Assembly: GCA_051251855.1 (NCBI GenBank)
Contig: JBPOGI010000007.1
Coordinates: forward strand, 264,984 to 328,983
DNA length: 64,000 bases
Reading direction: 5' to 3'
Source: Roseibacillus sp.
GTDB taxonomy: Bacteria > Verrucomicrobiota > Verrucomicrobiia > Verrucomicrobiales > Akkermansiaceae
Position numbers and translations under genes: made by a program. This document shows positions 46,683 to 55,909 of this stretch, piece after piece. Under the pieces are notes generated by a model. The model saw nothing but the letters and a program-made list of their open reading frames with translations. It did no database searches and was not told where the DNA came from. Position 1 is the stretch's first letter. The number at the start of each line of letters is the position of its first letter.

Positions 46683-47582
46683 ATGCTCCAAACATTCAAT
46701 TCCAAAAACGAGAACCTCATCGTCTCCCTCAACGGCGACCTCGTTCCTCGCGAGCAAGCCGGAGTGAGCCCCTTCGATTCCTCCGTGCAAAACGGCGACG
46801 CCTGCTGGGAAGGACTGAGACTCTACAGCGGAAAAATATTCAAGCTCGACGAGCACCTCGACCGCCTCTTCAAAAGCGCCGAGATGCTGCGCTATCAAGG
46901 CCTACCCAGCCGCGAAGAAATCATCGAGGCCCTGCGCCAAACCCTTGCCGCCAACCAGATGCACGACGCGGTTCACATCCGCCTCACCCTTTCCCGCGGC
47001 CTCAAATACACCTCCGGACTCGACCCTCGCATCAACACCCAAGGTTGCTCCCTTTTCATCCTCGCCGAACACAAAGCCCCCGTATACGGCACTTCCGGAC
47101 TCTTCCTCCACACCGCCCAACAACGCCGTCCCTTCGCCAACGTTCTCGACCAACGCATCCACTCCTGCAACCAGCTCACCTCCATCTTGGCCAAACTCGA
47201 AGCCAACGACGCCGGAGCCGACGACGCCCTCATGTTAGACACCGACGACAACCTCGCCGAAACGAACGCCACCCATGTCTTTTTGGTCAAAGACAACATC
47301 GTCCTCACCTCCACCACCAAAGCCTGCCCCACCGGCATTACCCGCGACACCGTCATCAAGCTCTGCCAAGACCACAACCTTGCCCTCGAAATTCGCGACA
47401 TCCCCGAACCAGAAATCCACCAAGCAGACGAAGTCTTCTGCACCGGCACCATGGGCGAGATTGTCCCCGTCAACCGCATCGACGCCACCGTCTTTAATCA
47501 AGGAAAAACCGGCCCCATCACCACCCACCTCGCCCAACTCTTCCGTCAACTCACCGAAAGCACCGGCTACCCCATTGTGTAA
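46683..47582 (+). CDS. Aminotransferase class IV (BCAT-like) protein
   Basis: VSPFDS, GDACWEGLR, HLDRL, GITR, ADEVFCTGTMGEI. Confidence 0.9.
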   Translation: MLQTFNSKNENLIVSLNGDLVPREQAGVSPFDSSVQNGDACWEGLRLYSGKIFKLDEHLDRLFKSAEMLRYQGLPSREEIIEALRQTLAANQMHDAVHIRLTLSRGLKYTSGLDPRINTQGCSLFILAEHKAPVYGTSGLFLHTAQQRRPFANVLDQRIHSCNQLTSILAKLEANDAGADDALMLDTDDNLAETNATHVFLVKDNIVLTSTTKACPTGITRDTVIKLCQDHNLALEIRDIPEPEIHQADEVFCTGTMGEIVPVNRIDATVFNQGKTGPITTHLAQLFRQLTESTGYPIV

Positions 47583-47652
47583 ACTTGTCCTCCGCAACAA
47601 TTCACTCCAAAGTAGCCAAAGACATCTCTAGCCCTTCGAGCCTCCCTCACCG

Positions 47653-48240
47653 GTGAACATTCCCACCTACATCACCATCTTTCGCCTCTTGTGCATCCCG
47701 TTCTTCGTAACGGTCGCCATTTACTATAGTTTCAGTATCAAAGATGGCTCAGGCAACGAAGCCCTCCGCTGGGCAGCGGTCATCATCTTCATCGTCGCCG
47801 CAGTCTCCGACGCCCTCGACGGCTACCTCGCCCGCAAGCTCAATCAATTTTCCAAACTCGGAGCCTTTCTCGATCCCCTTGCCGACAAGTGCCTTCTCCT
47901 CTTCGCCCTTACCACCCTTGCCGTTTTTCCGTGGGGCCCCGAGGGCTGGCGACTCCCGGTCTGGTTCATCGTCCTCGTCGTCACCCGCGACATCATCATC
48001 GTGGGCGGCCTCTGGATTCTCCACCACTATCAAACCGGCGTTAAAATCATCCCGCACTGGTCGGGCAAAGTCTGCACCGTCACCCAGATGATCGCCCTCG
48101 GCTGGGTCATGCTCAAGTGGGTTCCCTTCTCCCCGATTTACCCCGCCATCCTCGCCTCCATTTTCACCGTCTGGTCGGGCGTCTCCTACTTTCAACTCGG
48201 ACTCACCCTCATTCGTAAATCTCCTGCCGCCCATGAATAA
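47653..48240 (+). CDS. CDP-alcohol phosphatidyltransferase (PgsA-like)
   Basis: SDALDGYLARKLNQFSKLGAFLDPLADK. Confidence 0.92.
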   Translation: MNIPTYITIFRLLCIPFFVTVAIYYSFSIKDGSGNEALRWAAVIIFIVAAVSDALDGYLARKLNQFSKLGAFLDPLADKCLLLFALTTLAVFPWGPEGWRLPVWFIVLVVTRDIIIVGGLWILHHYQTGVKIIPHWSGKVCTVTQMIALGWVMLKWVPFSPIYPAILASIFTVWSGVSYFQLGLTLIRKSPAAHE

Positions 48241-49666
48241 AACTCTTTACTTCATCGCCTTGTTCTTCGGAACTCCGCTTCTCCTCGCCGAACCCTTGGA
48301 ACGCTTCCTCGCCGACCCCGCCCTCAAAACAGCCTCCGTCGGCTTCGCCATGATTCCCTTGGAAGAGCCAAAAACCGAAGCAGCCACGAAAGTGACCGAA
48401 GACGACGAAGCGACCGAAGAAAGCGAAGCCAAAGAGCCCACCCCCTCTCTCCTCCACAACCCCGATCTCGCCCTCACCCCCGCCTCCGTTCAAAAAGCGA
48501 TCACCACCGCCACCGCTCTCCAAATCCTCGGGCCCGACTACAAATTCCAAACCCGTCTCTATCGCGACGGTGATAACCTCATCATCAAAGGCGGCGGCGA
48601 TCCGCTCCTCGCCTCCACCAGCCTCAACGTCGAATTCCCCACCTGGCACAAAGCCCTCCTCGCCGCCGACCTCAGCGAAATCACCGGCACCCTCATCGCC
48701 GACCCTTCCCGCTTCGAAGACCGCAGCACCCCTAACCAATGGCTCTGGGGCGATATCGGCAACTACTACGGCGCCGGACCCTGCGGCCTCAACTTCCACA
48801 AAAATAGCTACCAGATCACCTTCAAGCCCGGCAACTCAGGCTCCCCCGCCCGCCTCGTCTCCACCTACCCCAAGCCCCCCGGCGTCACCTTCGAGAACCA
48901 CATGCGCACCGGCTCCTCCAGCAGCGGCGACCAAGGTTACGCCTACGTCGGCCCCCGCCGCAAACTCATCACCCTCCGCGGCTCCGTCCCAGCGGGAGGC
49001 AACTTCACCATCAAAGGCGCCCTCCCCGACCCACCCCTCTCCTGCCTCACCGCCTTCCAATCCTACCTCAAAAAGAACGACTTCTCCGTCGCCAAAATCA
49101 AGGTGCAACGCGGCACCACCACCAAAGAAGAACACCTCCTCCACACCACCAAAAGCCCCGCCCTGTCCAAACTCATCATCTCCACCAACCAAAAGAGCAT
49201 CAACCTCAATGCCGAATGCCTCTTCAAAGCCCTCACCCCGCAAGGCACCACCCTCGCCGCCCAAAAGAAACTCGTTTCCCACTGGAAAGAACAAGGCGTT
49301 AATCTCAATGGATTCATCGCCCACGACGGCTCCGGCCTCTCCCCCCAAAACACCCTCACCGCCCGCCAAACCGCCCACATTCTCAAACTCGTCGCACACT
49401 CCGAACACGCGCCCATCTTCCGCACCTCACTCCCCGTCGCCGGTCGCAGTGGCACCATGCGTTACTTCGGCAGCGGCACCTCCGCCGAAGGACGCGTCAT
49501 CGCCAAATCCGGTTCCATGGAACGCGTCCGCGCCTGGGCCGGCTACCTCGTCACCAAATCCGGCGACAAATACGCCTTCGCCCTCCTCATCAACCACTAC
49601 AACGGCACCGACAAAGCCATCCGCAACGCCTCCGCCCGCCTCCTCGCCGCCCTTTGCGCTCAGTAA
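48233..49666 (+). CDS. dacB: D-Ala-D-Ala carboxypeptidase/endopeptidase PBP4 (S13)
   Basis: PASVQK (SxxK), GGGDP, SIN (SxN), DGSGLS, KSG. Confidence 0.93.
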   Translation: MNKTLYFIALFFGTPLLLAEPLERFLADPALKTASVGFAMIPLEEPKTEAATKVTEDDEATEESEAKEPTPSLLHNPDLALTPASVQKAITTATALQILGPDYKFQTRLYRDGDNLIIKGGGDPLLASTSLNVEFPTWHKALLAADLSEITGTLIADPSRFEDRSTPNQWLWGDIGNYYGAGPCGLNFHKNSYQITFKPGNSGSPARLVSTYPKPPGVTFENHMRTGSSSSGDQGYAYVGPRRKLITLRGSVPAGGNFTIKGALPDPPLSCLTAFQSYLKKNDFSVAKIKVQRGTTTKEEHLLHTTKSPALSKLIISTNQKSINLNAECLFKALTPQGTTLAAQKKLVSHWKEQGVNLNGFIAHDGSGLSPQNTLTARQTAHILKLVAHSEHAPIFRTSLPVAGRSGTMRYFGSGTSAEGRVIAKSGSMERVRAWAGYLVTKSGDKYAFALLINHYNGTDKAIRNASARLLAALCAQ

Positions 49667-49899
49667 GACGGCCACTTTCCATATCACACAATCGTGAAAT
49701 AAGGCCCGCACTCACCCTCCTTATTTTAAAAAACGCCCTTTTTGAATAATAAGGAACCTCTTGCACCACTCTCGTAGACCGTCAATTTTCCTGAGAACCA
49801 GCGCCTCAGCGGAAAGATTGCCATCTGTCAGAAAGCAAGATCTTGCTCACCCTCTCCCAGTCCTTGCCCAATCCCGTTGACCTGACATTCTCTTTCAGA

Positions 49900-52050
49900 A
49901 TGCCTGCCGAAAACCACTCTCAAATCGCCAACTTCATCTGGGGAATCTGCAACCTCCTTCGCGGCCCCTACAAGCGCAACGAATACCGCAAAGTCATTCT
50001 CCCTCTCACCGTCCTCAAGCGCTTTGATGCCATTCTTGCTCCCACCAAGAAGGCCACCATCGCCGAGCACTCCACTCTCAAGGGCAAAGGCGAATCCATC
50101 ATCCGTGCCAAACTCACCCGCGTCACCGGAGCCCAATTCTACAACCTCTCGCCGCTGCACTTCTGCCTACCCGGCGCGACCGACGCCGAGGGCAACCGCC
50201 TGCCCTCTCTTCTCGACGACCCCAACCAACTCGCCCCCAATCTCAACAGCTACATCAACTCCTTCTCTCCCAATGTCCGGGCCATTATGGACAAGTTCTC
50301 CTTGGACCAACAAATCTCCAAGATGGCCGAGAAGAACCTCCTCTACGAAGTGGTCAAAGCCTTCTGCAAGCCCGACCTCGACCTCTCCCCCGAAGCCGTC
50401 GACAACACCCAGATGGGATACGTCTTCGAAGAGCTCATTCGCATTGGCGCGGAGCAATCCAATGAGGAAGCCGGAGAGCACTTCACCCCGCGCGAGGTGA
50501 TCCGCCTCATGGTCGACCTCCTTCTCTCTCCCGAGAAAGACCTCACCCAAGGCCATATCGTCAAGACCATCTACGACCCTGCCTGCGGAACGGGCGGCAT
50601 GCTCTCCGTCGCCGAAGCCTACCTCAAGGAACTCAACGAAGAATCCAACCCCCACCTTTTTGGACAAGACTGGAACGACGAAGCCTGGGCCGTCTGCAAG
50701 TCCGACATGCTCATTAAGGGCGAAAACGCCGAGAACATTCATCAGGGCGACACCTTCACTGCCGACGCTTTCGATCGTGATGCCGAAGAGAACAAAATCA
50801 CCTTCGACTACATGCTCGCCAACCCGCCCTTTGGCGTCGATTGGAAGCAACAGTTCAAATACATTGACGCCGAAAAAGAAAGCCTCGGCTATGAAGGCCG
50901 CTTCGGTGCCGGTCTTCCTCGCAAAAACGACGGCGCCCTCCTCTTTCTCCAGCACATGCTCGCCAAGATGCGCTCCCCGCGCGATGGCGGCAGTCGTCTC
51001 GCCATCGTCTTCAATGGCTCTCCCCTCTTCACCGGTGATGCCGGCAGTGGCGAATCCAACATCCGGCAATGGATCATCGAGAACGACTGGCTCGAAGCCA
51101 TCGTCGCCCTCCCGGAACAGCTCTTCTACAACACCGGAATCTCGACCTACGTCTGGGTCCTCTCCAACCGTAAAGAAACGCGCCGGAAAGGCAAAATCCA
51201 ACTCATCGACGGGCGCAACTTCTGGGTCCCTATGAAGAAAAGCCTCGGTAACAAGCGCCGCAAAATTGGCGACCCCAAAGACAACGAGCGCGACCCCGAT
51301 CACATCGGAGACCTCAGCCAAATTCATGGCAACTTCATCCACGATGAATCTCGTAAGTTCATCATCGACGAGAAAGAGAAGGAACTCATCGTTTCCAAAG
51401 TCTTCGACAACGACGACTTCGGCTTTCACAAAATCACCGTCGAGCGCCCCCTTCGCCTCAACTTCCAAGCCAGTGCCGAACGCATCGCCCGCCTCGAAGA
51501 GCAGGCCGCCTTCCTCAACCTCACCACTTCCAAGAAGAAGAACGAAGCTATTCGCCTGAAAGAAATTGAACTGGGCAAAGAACGCCAAGAGACCATCCGC
51601 AAGCTGTTAGAAACTTTCCGCACCGCGACCGAGGAGCAACTCTTCCAAGATCGCAAAGAGTTTCTCGCCACCCTCAAGCCCCTCGACCGCGAAGGCGGGG
51701 TCCGCCTCACCGCCCCCGAACTGAAAGCGGTCCTTGCCGCCCTCAGCGAACGCGACGAAAGCGCACAAATCTGCCTCAAGCCCAACGGCGACCCCGAGCC
51801 CGACGCCGACCTCCGCGACACCGAAACCGTCCCTCTCAAGGAAAGCATCACCGAATACTTCGAGCGTGAAGTCCTCCCCCACGCGCCCGACGCTTGGATT
51901 GATGAAAGCAAAACCAAGGTTGGCTACGAAATTCCACTCAACCGCCACTTCTACGTCTACGAGCCACCCCGCCCTCTTGCAGACATCGAAAGCGACCTCA
52001 AAGGGCTCGAATCCGATATTGTGGAACTACTGCAAGACCTCACCGCATGA
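49900..52050 (+). CDS. hsdM: Type I R-M methyltransferase subunit
   Basis: IANFIW, GEHFTPREV, YDPACGTGGML, NPPF, LFYNTGI. ATG 49900. Confidence 0.96.
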   Translation: MPAENHSQIANFIWGICNLLRGPYKRNEYRKVILPLTVLKRFDAILAPTKKATIAEHSTLKGKGESIIRAKLTRVTGAQFYNLSPLHFCLPGATDAEGNRLPSLLDDPNQLAPNLNSYINSFSPNVRAIMDKFSLDQQISKMAEKNLLYEVVKAFCKPDLDLSPEAVDNTQMGYVFEELIRIGAEQSNEEAGEHFTPREVIRLMVDLLLSPEKDLTQGHIVKTIYDPACGTGGMLSVAEAYLKELNEESNPHLFGQDWNDEAWAVCKSDMLIKGENAENIHQGDTFTADAFDRDAEENKITFDYMLANPPFGVDWKQQFKYIDAEKESLGYEGRFGAGLPRKNDGALLFLQHMLAKMRSPRDGGSRLAIVFNGSPLFTGDAGSGESNIRQWIIENDWLEAIVALPEQLFYNTGISTYVWVLSNRKETRRKGKIQLIDGRNFWVPMKKSLGNKRRKIGDPKDNERDPDHIGDLSQIHGNFIHDESRKFIIDEKEKELIVSKVFDNDDFGFHKITVERPLRLNFQASAERIARLEEQAAFLNLTTSKKKNEAIRLKEIELGKERQETIRKLLETFRTATEEQLFQDRKEFLATLKPLDREGGVRLTAPELKAVLAALSERDESAQICLKPNGDPEPDADLRDTETVPLKESITEYFEREVLPHAPDAWIDESKTKVGYEIPLNRHFYVYEPPRPLADIESDLKGLESDIVELLQDLTA

Positions 52051-53387
52051 AGCCATATCCAAAGTTTAAGAACAGCGGGGTTGAGTGGATGGGGAGGGTT
52101 CCTGTTCATTGGGAAGCGCTGCCATTAAAGTGGTGTGTTTCTACTCCAGTCACTGACGGACCTCACGAAACTCCGGAGTTTATTCCGGCAGGGGTTCCAT
52201 TTGTGTCCGCAGAAGCGATTCAAAACAGTAAAATCAATTTCAAAAAAATTCGAGGCTACATCTCCGAAGAAGATGACTCTCGATTTAGTAAAAAATACTC
52301 ACCAATGCTCCATGACATTTACATGGTTAAATCTGGAGCAACGACTGGTCGTGTGGCGATGGTCGAGACCACTGATCATTTTAACATTTGGTCGCCACTT
52401 GCTGCGATTCGCTGCGACAAGGGCCTGATTTCTCCAAAATTCATGTTTCACTATCTTCATTCGAGTGAGTTTCAAACGGCCGTAGAACTTCACTGGAGTT
52501 TCGGAACTCAACAGAATATTGGGATGGGTGTTATCGAAAACATACACGTCCCCCTTCCCCCGCTCCCCGAACAAGAAGCCATTGCCAAATTCCTCGACGA
52601 ACGCACGGCCAAAATCGATACCCTCATCGCAAAAAAGCGCACCCTCATCGCCACCCTCAAAGAAAAACGATCCGCCCTCATCTCCCACACCGTCACCCGA
52701 GGCCTCGACCCCACCGCCACCCTCAAACCCTCCGGGGTCGATTGGCTTGGTGAGGTTCCTAAGCATTGGAAGGTTAAGCATCTGGATCATCTTGTCACAG
52801 TTAAGGCTCGGCTTGGTTGGAAAGGATTAACGGCATCGGAATATGTCGATAAAGGAGCCATCTTTTTGTCAACGCCCAACATAAAAGGACAGGGGAAGAT
52901 CGATTTTAAGAATGTAAACTTCATCACAAAAGAGCGTTACTTAGAATCCCCTGAAATCATGCTGCAAAAGGGAGATGTTCTTTTAGCAAAAGATGGTTCC
53001 ACTCTCGGCATAACTAATTTTGTGAGAGAACTTCCTGCGCCTGCAACTGTAAATAGCTCTATTGCCGTCCTTCGCTCTAACAAAATCAACAGCCCATTCC
53101 TATGGAGATGGCTAACCTCAGAATACATTCAAAATATAATCCAGAGTAAGAAAGACGGACAGGGTGTGCCCCACCTTTTCCAAGCAGACATTCGAAAATT
53201 TACCGTCCTCCTGCCTCCACTTTCTGAACAAACCGCCATCGCCGAGTATCTCGATCAACAGACCGACAAAATCGACAAGCTCACTGCTAAAGTCCAAACC
53301 GCCCTCGACACCCTCGCCGAATACCGCCGAGCTCTCATCACAGCCGCCGTCACCGGAAAAATCGACGTCCGCGAAGAAATGTCTTAG
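52047..53387 (+). CDS. hsdS: Type I R-M specificity subunit (two TRDs)
   Basis: Repeated SGVEWMGRVPVHW / SGVDWLGEVPKHW, two PPLxEQ motifs and LITAAVTGKIDV. ATGA overlap with hsdM. Confidence 0.96.
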   Translation: MKPYPKFKNSGVEWMGRVPVHWEALPLKWCVSTPVTDGPHETPEFIPAGVPFVSAEAIQNSKINFKKIRGYISEEDDSRFSKKYSPMLHDIYMVKSGATTGRVAMVETTDHFNIWSPLAAIRCDKGLISPKFMFHYLHSSEFQTAVELHWSFGTQQNIGMGVIENIHVPLPPLPEQEAIAKFLDERTAKIDTLIAKKRTLIATLKEKRSALISHTVTRGLDPTATLKPSGVDWLGEVPKHWKVKHLDHLVTVKARLGWKGLTASEYVDKGAIFLSTPNIKGQGKIDFKNVNFITKERYLESPEIMLQKGDVLLAKDGSTLGITNFVRELPAPATVNSSIAVLRSNKINSPFLWRWLTSEYIQNIIQSKKDGQGVPHLFQADIRKFTVLLPPLSEQTAIAEYLDQQTDKIDKLTAKVQTALDTLAEYRRALITAAVTGKIDVREEMS

Positions 53388-53461
53388 CCCTTCATCAAGA
53401 TGGTCCTCCCAGCGGGTTGTATACTGGCGCGCATCACTTTTTGTGAAAGGTGGATTTCAGA

Positions 53462-53957
53462 GAACCCTGAAAGGGTGACCTATGACAGCCTAGGGCAAGC
53501 GGAGCGACGCCCTAGGTTGGAAGCAACCGCAATTTTGGTTGAGCAAGAGACTTCTTTGTTCATCAACGGGCCCGAAGACCATTGTGCAAGCGGGTTAACG
53601 GGCGAAGCCGGGCGCTGTTATACCGAGCCTTCAGCCTCCACGGCTCAGAGACCTCCCACCTAGGGCGTTGCCCTAGGCTTCCCTATTTCAGGGCTTTGCC
53701 CTTCTCGAACCCTGAAAGGGTGACCTATGACAGCCTAGGGCAAGCGGAGCGGCGCCCTAGGTTGGAAGCAACCGCAATCTTGGTCGAGCAAGAGGCTTCT
53801 TTGTTCATCAACATGCCCGAAGACCATTGTGCAAGCGGGTTAACGGGCGAAGCCGTGAGCTGTTAGACCGGGCCTTCAGCCCTCCACGGCTCAGAGACCT
53901 CCCACCTAGGGCGTTGCCCTAGGCTTCCCTATTTCAGGGCTTTGCCCTTCTCGAACC
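53462..53957. repeat. Tandem ~245-bp direct repeat (2 copies) of a REPIN-like palindromic unit
   Basis: Units start GAACCCTGAAAGGGTGACC at 53462 and 53707. Each has inverted CCTAGGGC...GCCCTAGG hairpins at both ends. Confidence 0.9.
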
Positions 53958-54062
53958 TCTGAAACATCTCATCCCCATACTCAACCCCAAATCACAATTT
54001 GTGATGCGCGGCAGTATAGCCGAAAGTTAAAGTCGACTTCGGAACGCCCCTCACACAACCAG

Positions 54063-54367
54063 AGTGCTGGAGGCACGGCCAGATGGTAGCCGGGGTGCAA
54101 GCGACGAAGGAGCGCAGCCCCCGGATCCCACCCCTAGAAATATCTGGCTGAGCGTGGGATGCGGAAGTTCTCACCTCATCCCGAAGCCCATTATCGAGCT
54201 TCTTCTCAGGAAGACGGCCTCCGAGTGACTCACTTGCTTTCGATGCTGCTTAAATCTCTGCGAGAAGCCCTTCGAATACTCGCCATCACCGGCTTGTTAA
54301 TTCGAACCCTCAACAACGGAACCCCGGATTCCATCCGGGGCTACCTTCTCGTCGTGCCTCCAGCACT
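54063..54367. mobile_element. 305-bp MITE/REPIN-like element
   Basis: Perfect 15-bp terminal inverted repeat AGTGCTGGAGGCACG...CGTGCCTCCAGCACT, with imperfect extension inward (GGTAGCC / GGCTACC) and internal hairpins. Confidence 0.7.
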
Positions 54368-54410
54368 TTTGGGATCACACGGGCCGTCCTGCCGTCTGAA
54401 TCCCATTTTT

Positions 54411-54491
54411 TTAGCCACCTCATTTCCAGACCTCGACGGCATCGCCAAATGGCTCAAATATCGCGCCTACGAGCTCGGAGGAGCGGTCTAG
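54411..54491 (+). pseudogene. Possible 3' remnant of an FRG-domain gene
   Basis: ATSFPDLDGIAKWLKYRAY resembles the xxLFPDLDGLA C-terminal signature of FRG proteins. The match is short. Confidence 0.45.
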
Positions 54492-54501
54492 AAACGATCA
54501 C

Positions 54502-54600
54502 ACACCATTACACACCTTTTTTGGTGTAACATGGTGTCTCGTCTCTCTTTCCGCTTGCCATCCCCGCATCACACACCACCATACACCAATCTAAGTGTAT
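54502..54600. promoter_or_regulatory. ACACC-based operator-like repeats upstream of the ATPase gene
   Basis: ACACCATTACACACC-T6-GGTGTAACATGGTGT (54502-54537); ACACCA at 54573 and 54583; ATACAC-N8-GTGTAT (54581-54600). Confidence 0.6.
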
Positions 54601-54607
54601 TATTAAA

Positions 54608-55909
54608 ATGGAATCCTCGCCCCCTCTCACTCAAAACCTCTGGGAACGCTTTGGATTTCGAGGAAACCCCTTTGACACCAACCCCTTACCCCTGGACTAC
54701 GGCTCCGGACTCACCGTCATCAACGCCTACATTGAGCGTTCCGGCAAATTCCCACCCGGTGCCCTCCTCCAGAACGTGCTCAAAAACCCGGGCGGCGGTC
54801 GCCTCGTGGTCGAGGGAGAACCTGGGGTTGGCAAGACCACCTTCGTCAATTACCACCGCTACCAATGGGAACACCTCGGCAGTCCCGGTCTGCTCTCACC
54901 CACTACCGAAATCTCGGTGACCCGAGGCTGGACCACCCGCACCTTTCTCATCTCTCTCCTCAGCGCACTGAACGCCCGCATCCGGCTCGAATTACCCCAG
55001 GACAAACCTGACCCCTTGGTAGAAGAAGTCTCGGCCATCACCAGCGTGCAACGTTCTCAAGACGGCGGATTGGGCATTAACGCCACCATCCTCGGCTCGG
55101 GGGGAGGCTTCAACCGCTCCCAAACCACCGCCCTCACTCCCGGCGAAGTCCCCGAGAACGAACTCCGCTCCTACTTGACCCGCCTCATCACAAAGGTGCG
55201 CGAGGACCTCAAATTCGATGGCGTGATCTTCCACCTCGACAACATGGAGCGCTTGCGCCCAAACAATCCCAAGGAGCTAACTCAATTCTTTGAAGACATT
55301 CGCGACCTCATTCAAGAACCCAACGCCTACTTCATCTTCGTGGGCTATCCGGGCATGTTCCAAGAAGTGATCGCGCCTGCCTCCCGAGTGCATAGCATCT
55401 TTTTTGACAAACCTCTCCTCCTCGAACCCCTCACTCGAAAGGAAATCGATGAGGTGATCGAACTGCGTTACCAAATCCTCGCAGCCAAAGACAAAAACTG
55501 GACCGCCCCCGTGGGCCCCGATGTCATCGACTATCTCTACGAGACCTTTCATGGCAAAGTGCGCGAAATCATGAACGCAGTGGCCTCGCTCTTCACCCAT
55601 CTCCCGGACAGCTACGCCGACCCTCTGACCCTCACCGAATGCCGGGACTCACTCTCTTCCATTCGATTGGCCGAAGCCAAAGCCACCCTCACCAAAGCAG
55701 GCCTCGAAGTCTTTCTCGAAGCCGCCCGCCTCAAACGCTTCTTCCCCACCCAACTCGCCCGCCAAACGGGTCGCCGCCCCAACGCCATCACCAACCTTCT
55801 ACCCGAACTCCAGAAGGCCAACTACATCACCAAGACCGAAAAAGAAGGTCGCACCCAATGGTATGAAGTGGCCACCAAATTCCACGTTCTCGCTGACCTT
55901 GAATCATGA
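54608..55909 (+). CDS. P-loop NTPase (STAND/AAA+-like) with C-terminal winged HTH
   Basis: FGFRGNPF, Walker A GEPGVGKT, Walker B VIFHLDNME, GKVREI, and C-terminal PTQLARQTG...LPELQKANYI...WYEV. Confidence 0.85.
   Translation: MESSPPLTQNLWERFGFRGNPFDTNPLPLDYGSGLTVINAYIERSGKFPPGALLQNVLKNPGGGRLVVEGEPGVGKTTFVNYHRYQWEHLGSPGLLSPTTEISVTRGWTTRTFLISLLSALNARIRLELPQDKPDPLVEEVSAITSVQRSQDGGLGINATILGSGGGFNRSQTTALTPGEVPENELRSYLTRLITKVREDLKFDGVIFHLDNMERLRPNNPKELTQFFEDIRDLIQEPNAYFIFVGYPGMFQEVIAPASRVHSIFFDKPLLLEPLTRKEIDEVIELRYQILAAKDKNWTAPVGPDVIDYLYETFHGKVREIMNAVASLFTHLPDSYADPLTLTECRDSLSSIRLAEAKATLTKAGLEVFLEAARLKRFFPTQLARQTGRRPNAITNLLPELQKANYITKTEKEGRTQWYEVATKFHVLADLES

Noticed and set aside
53400..53866. Short ORFs (87 and 94 aa) within the tandem repeat
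   Set aside because: Translations of palindromic repeat DNA, with no protein features.
53462..53957. Possible CRISPR array
   Set aside because: The whole 245-bp unit repeats, with no unique spacers and no cas genes.
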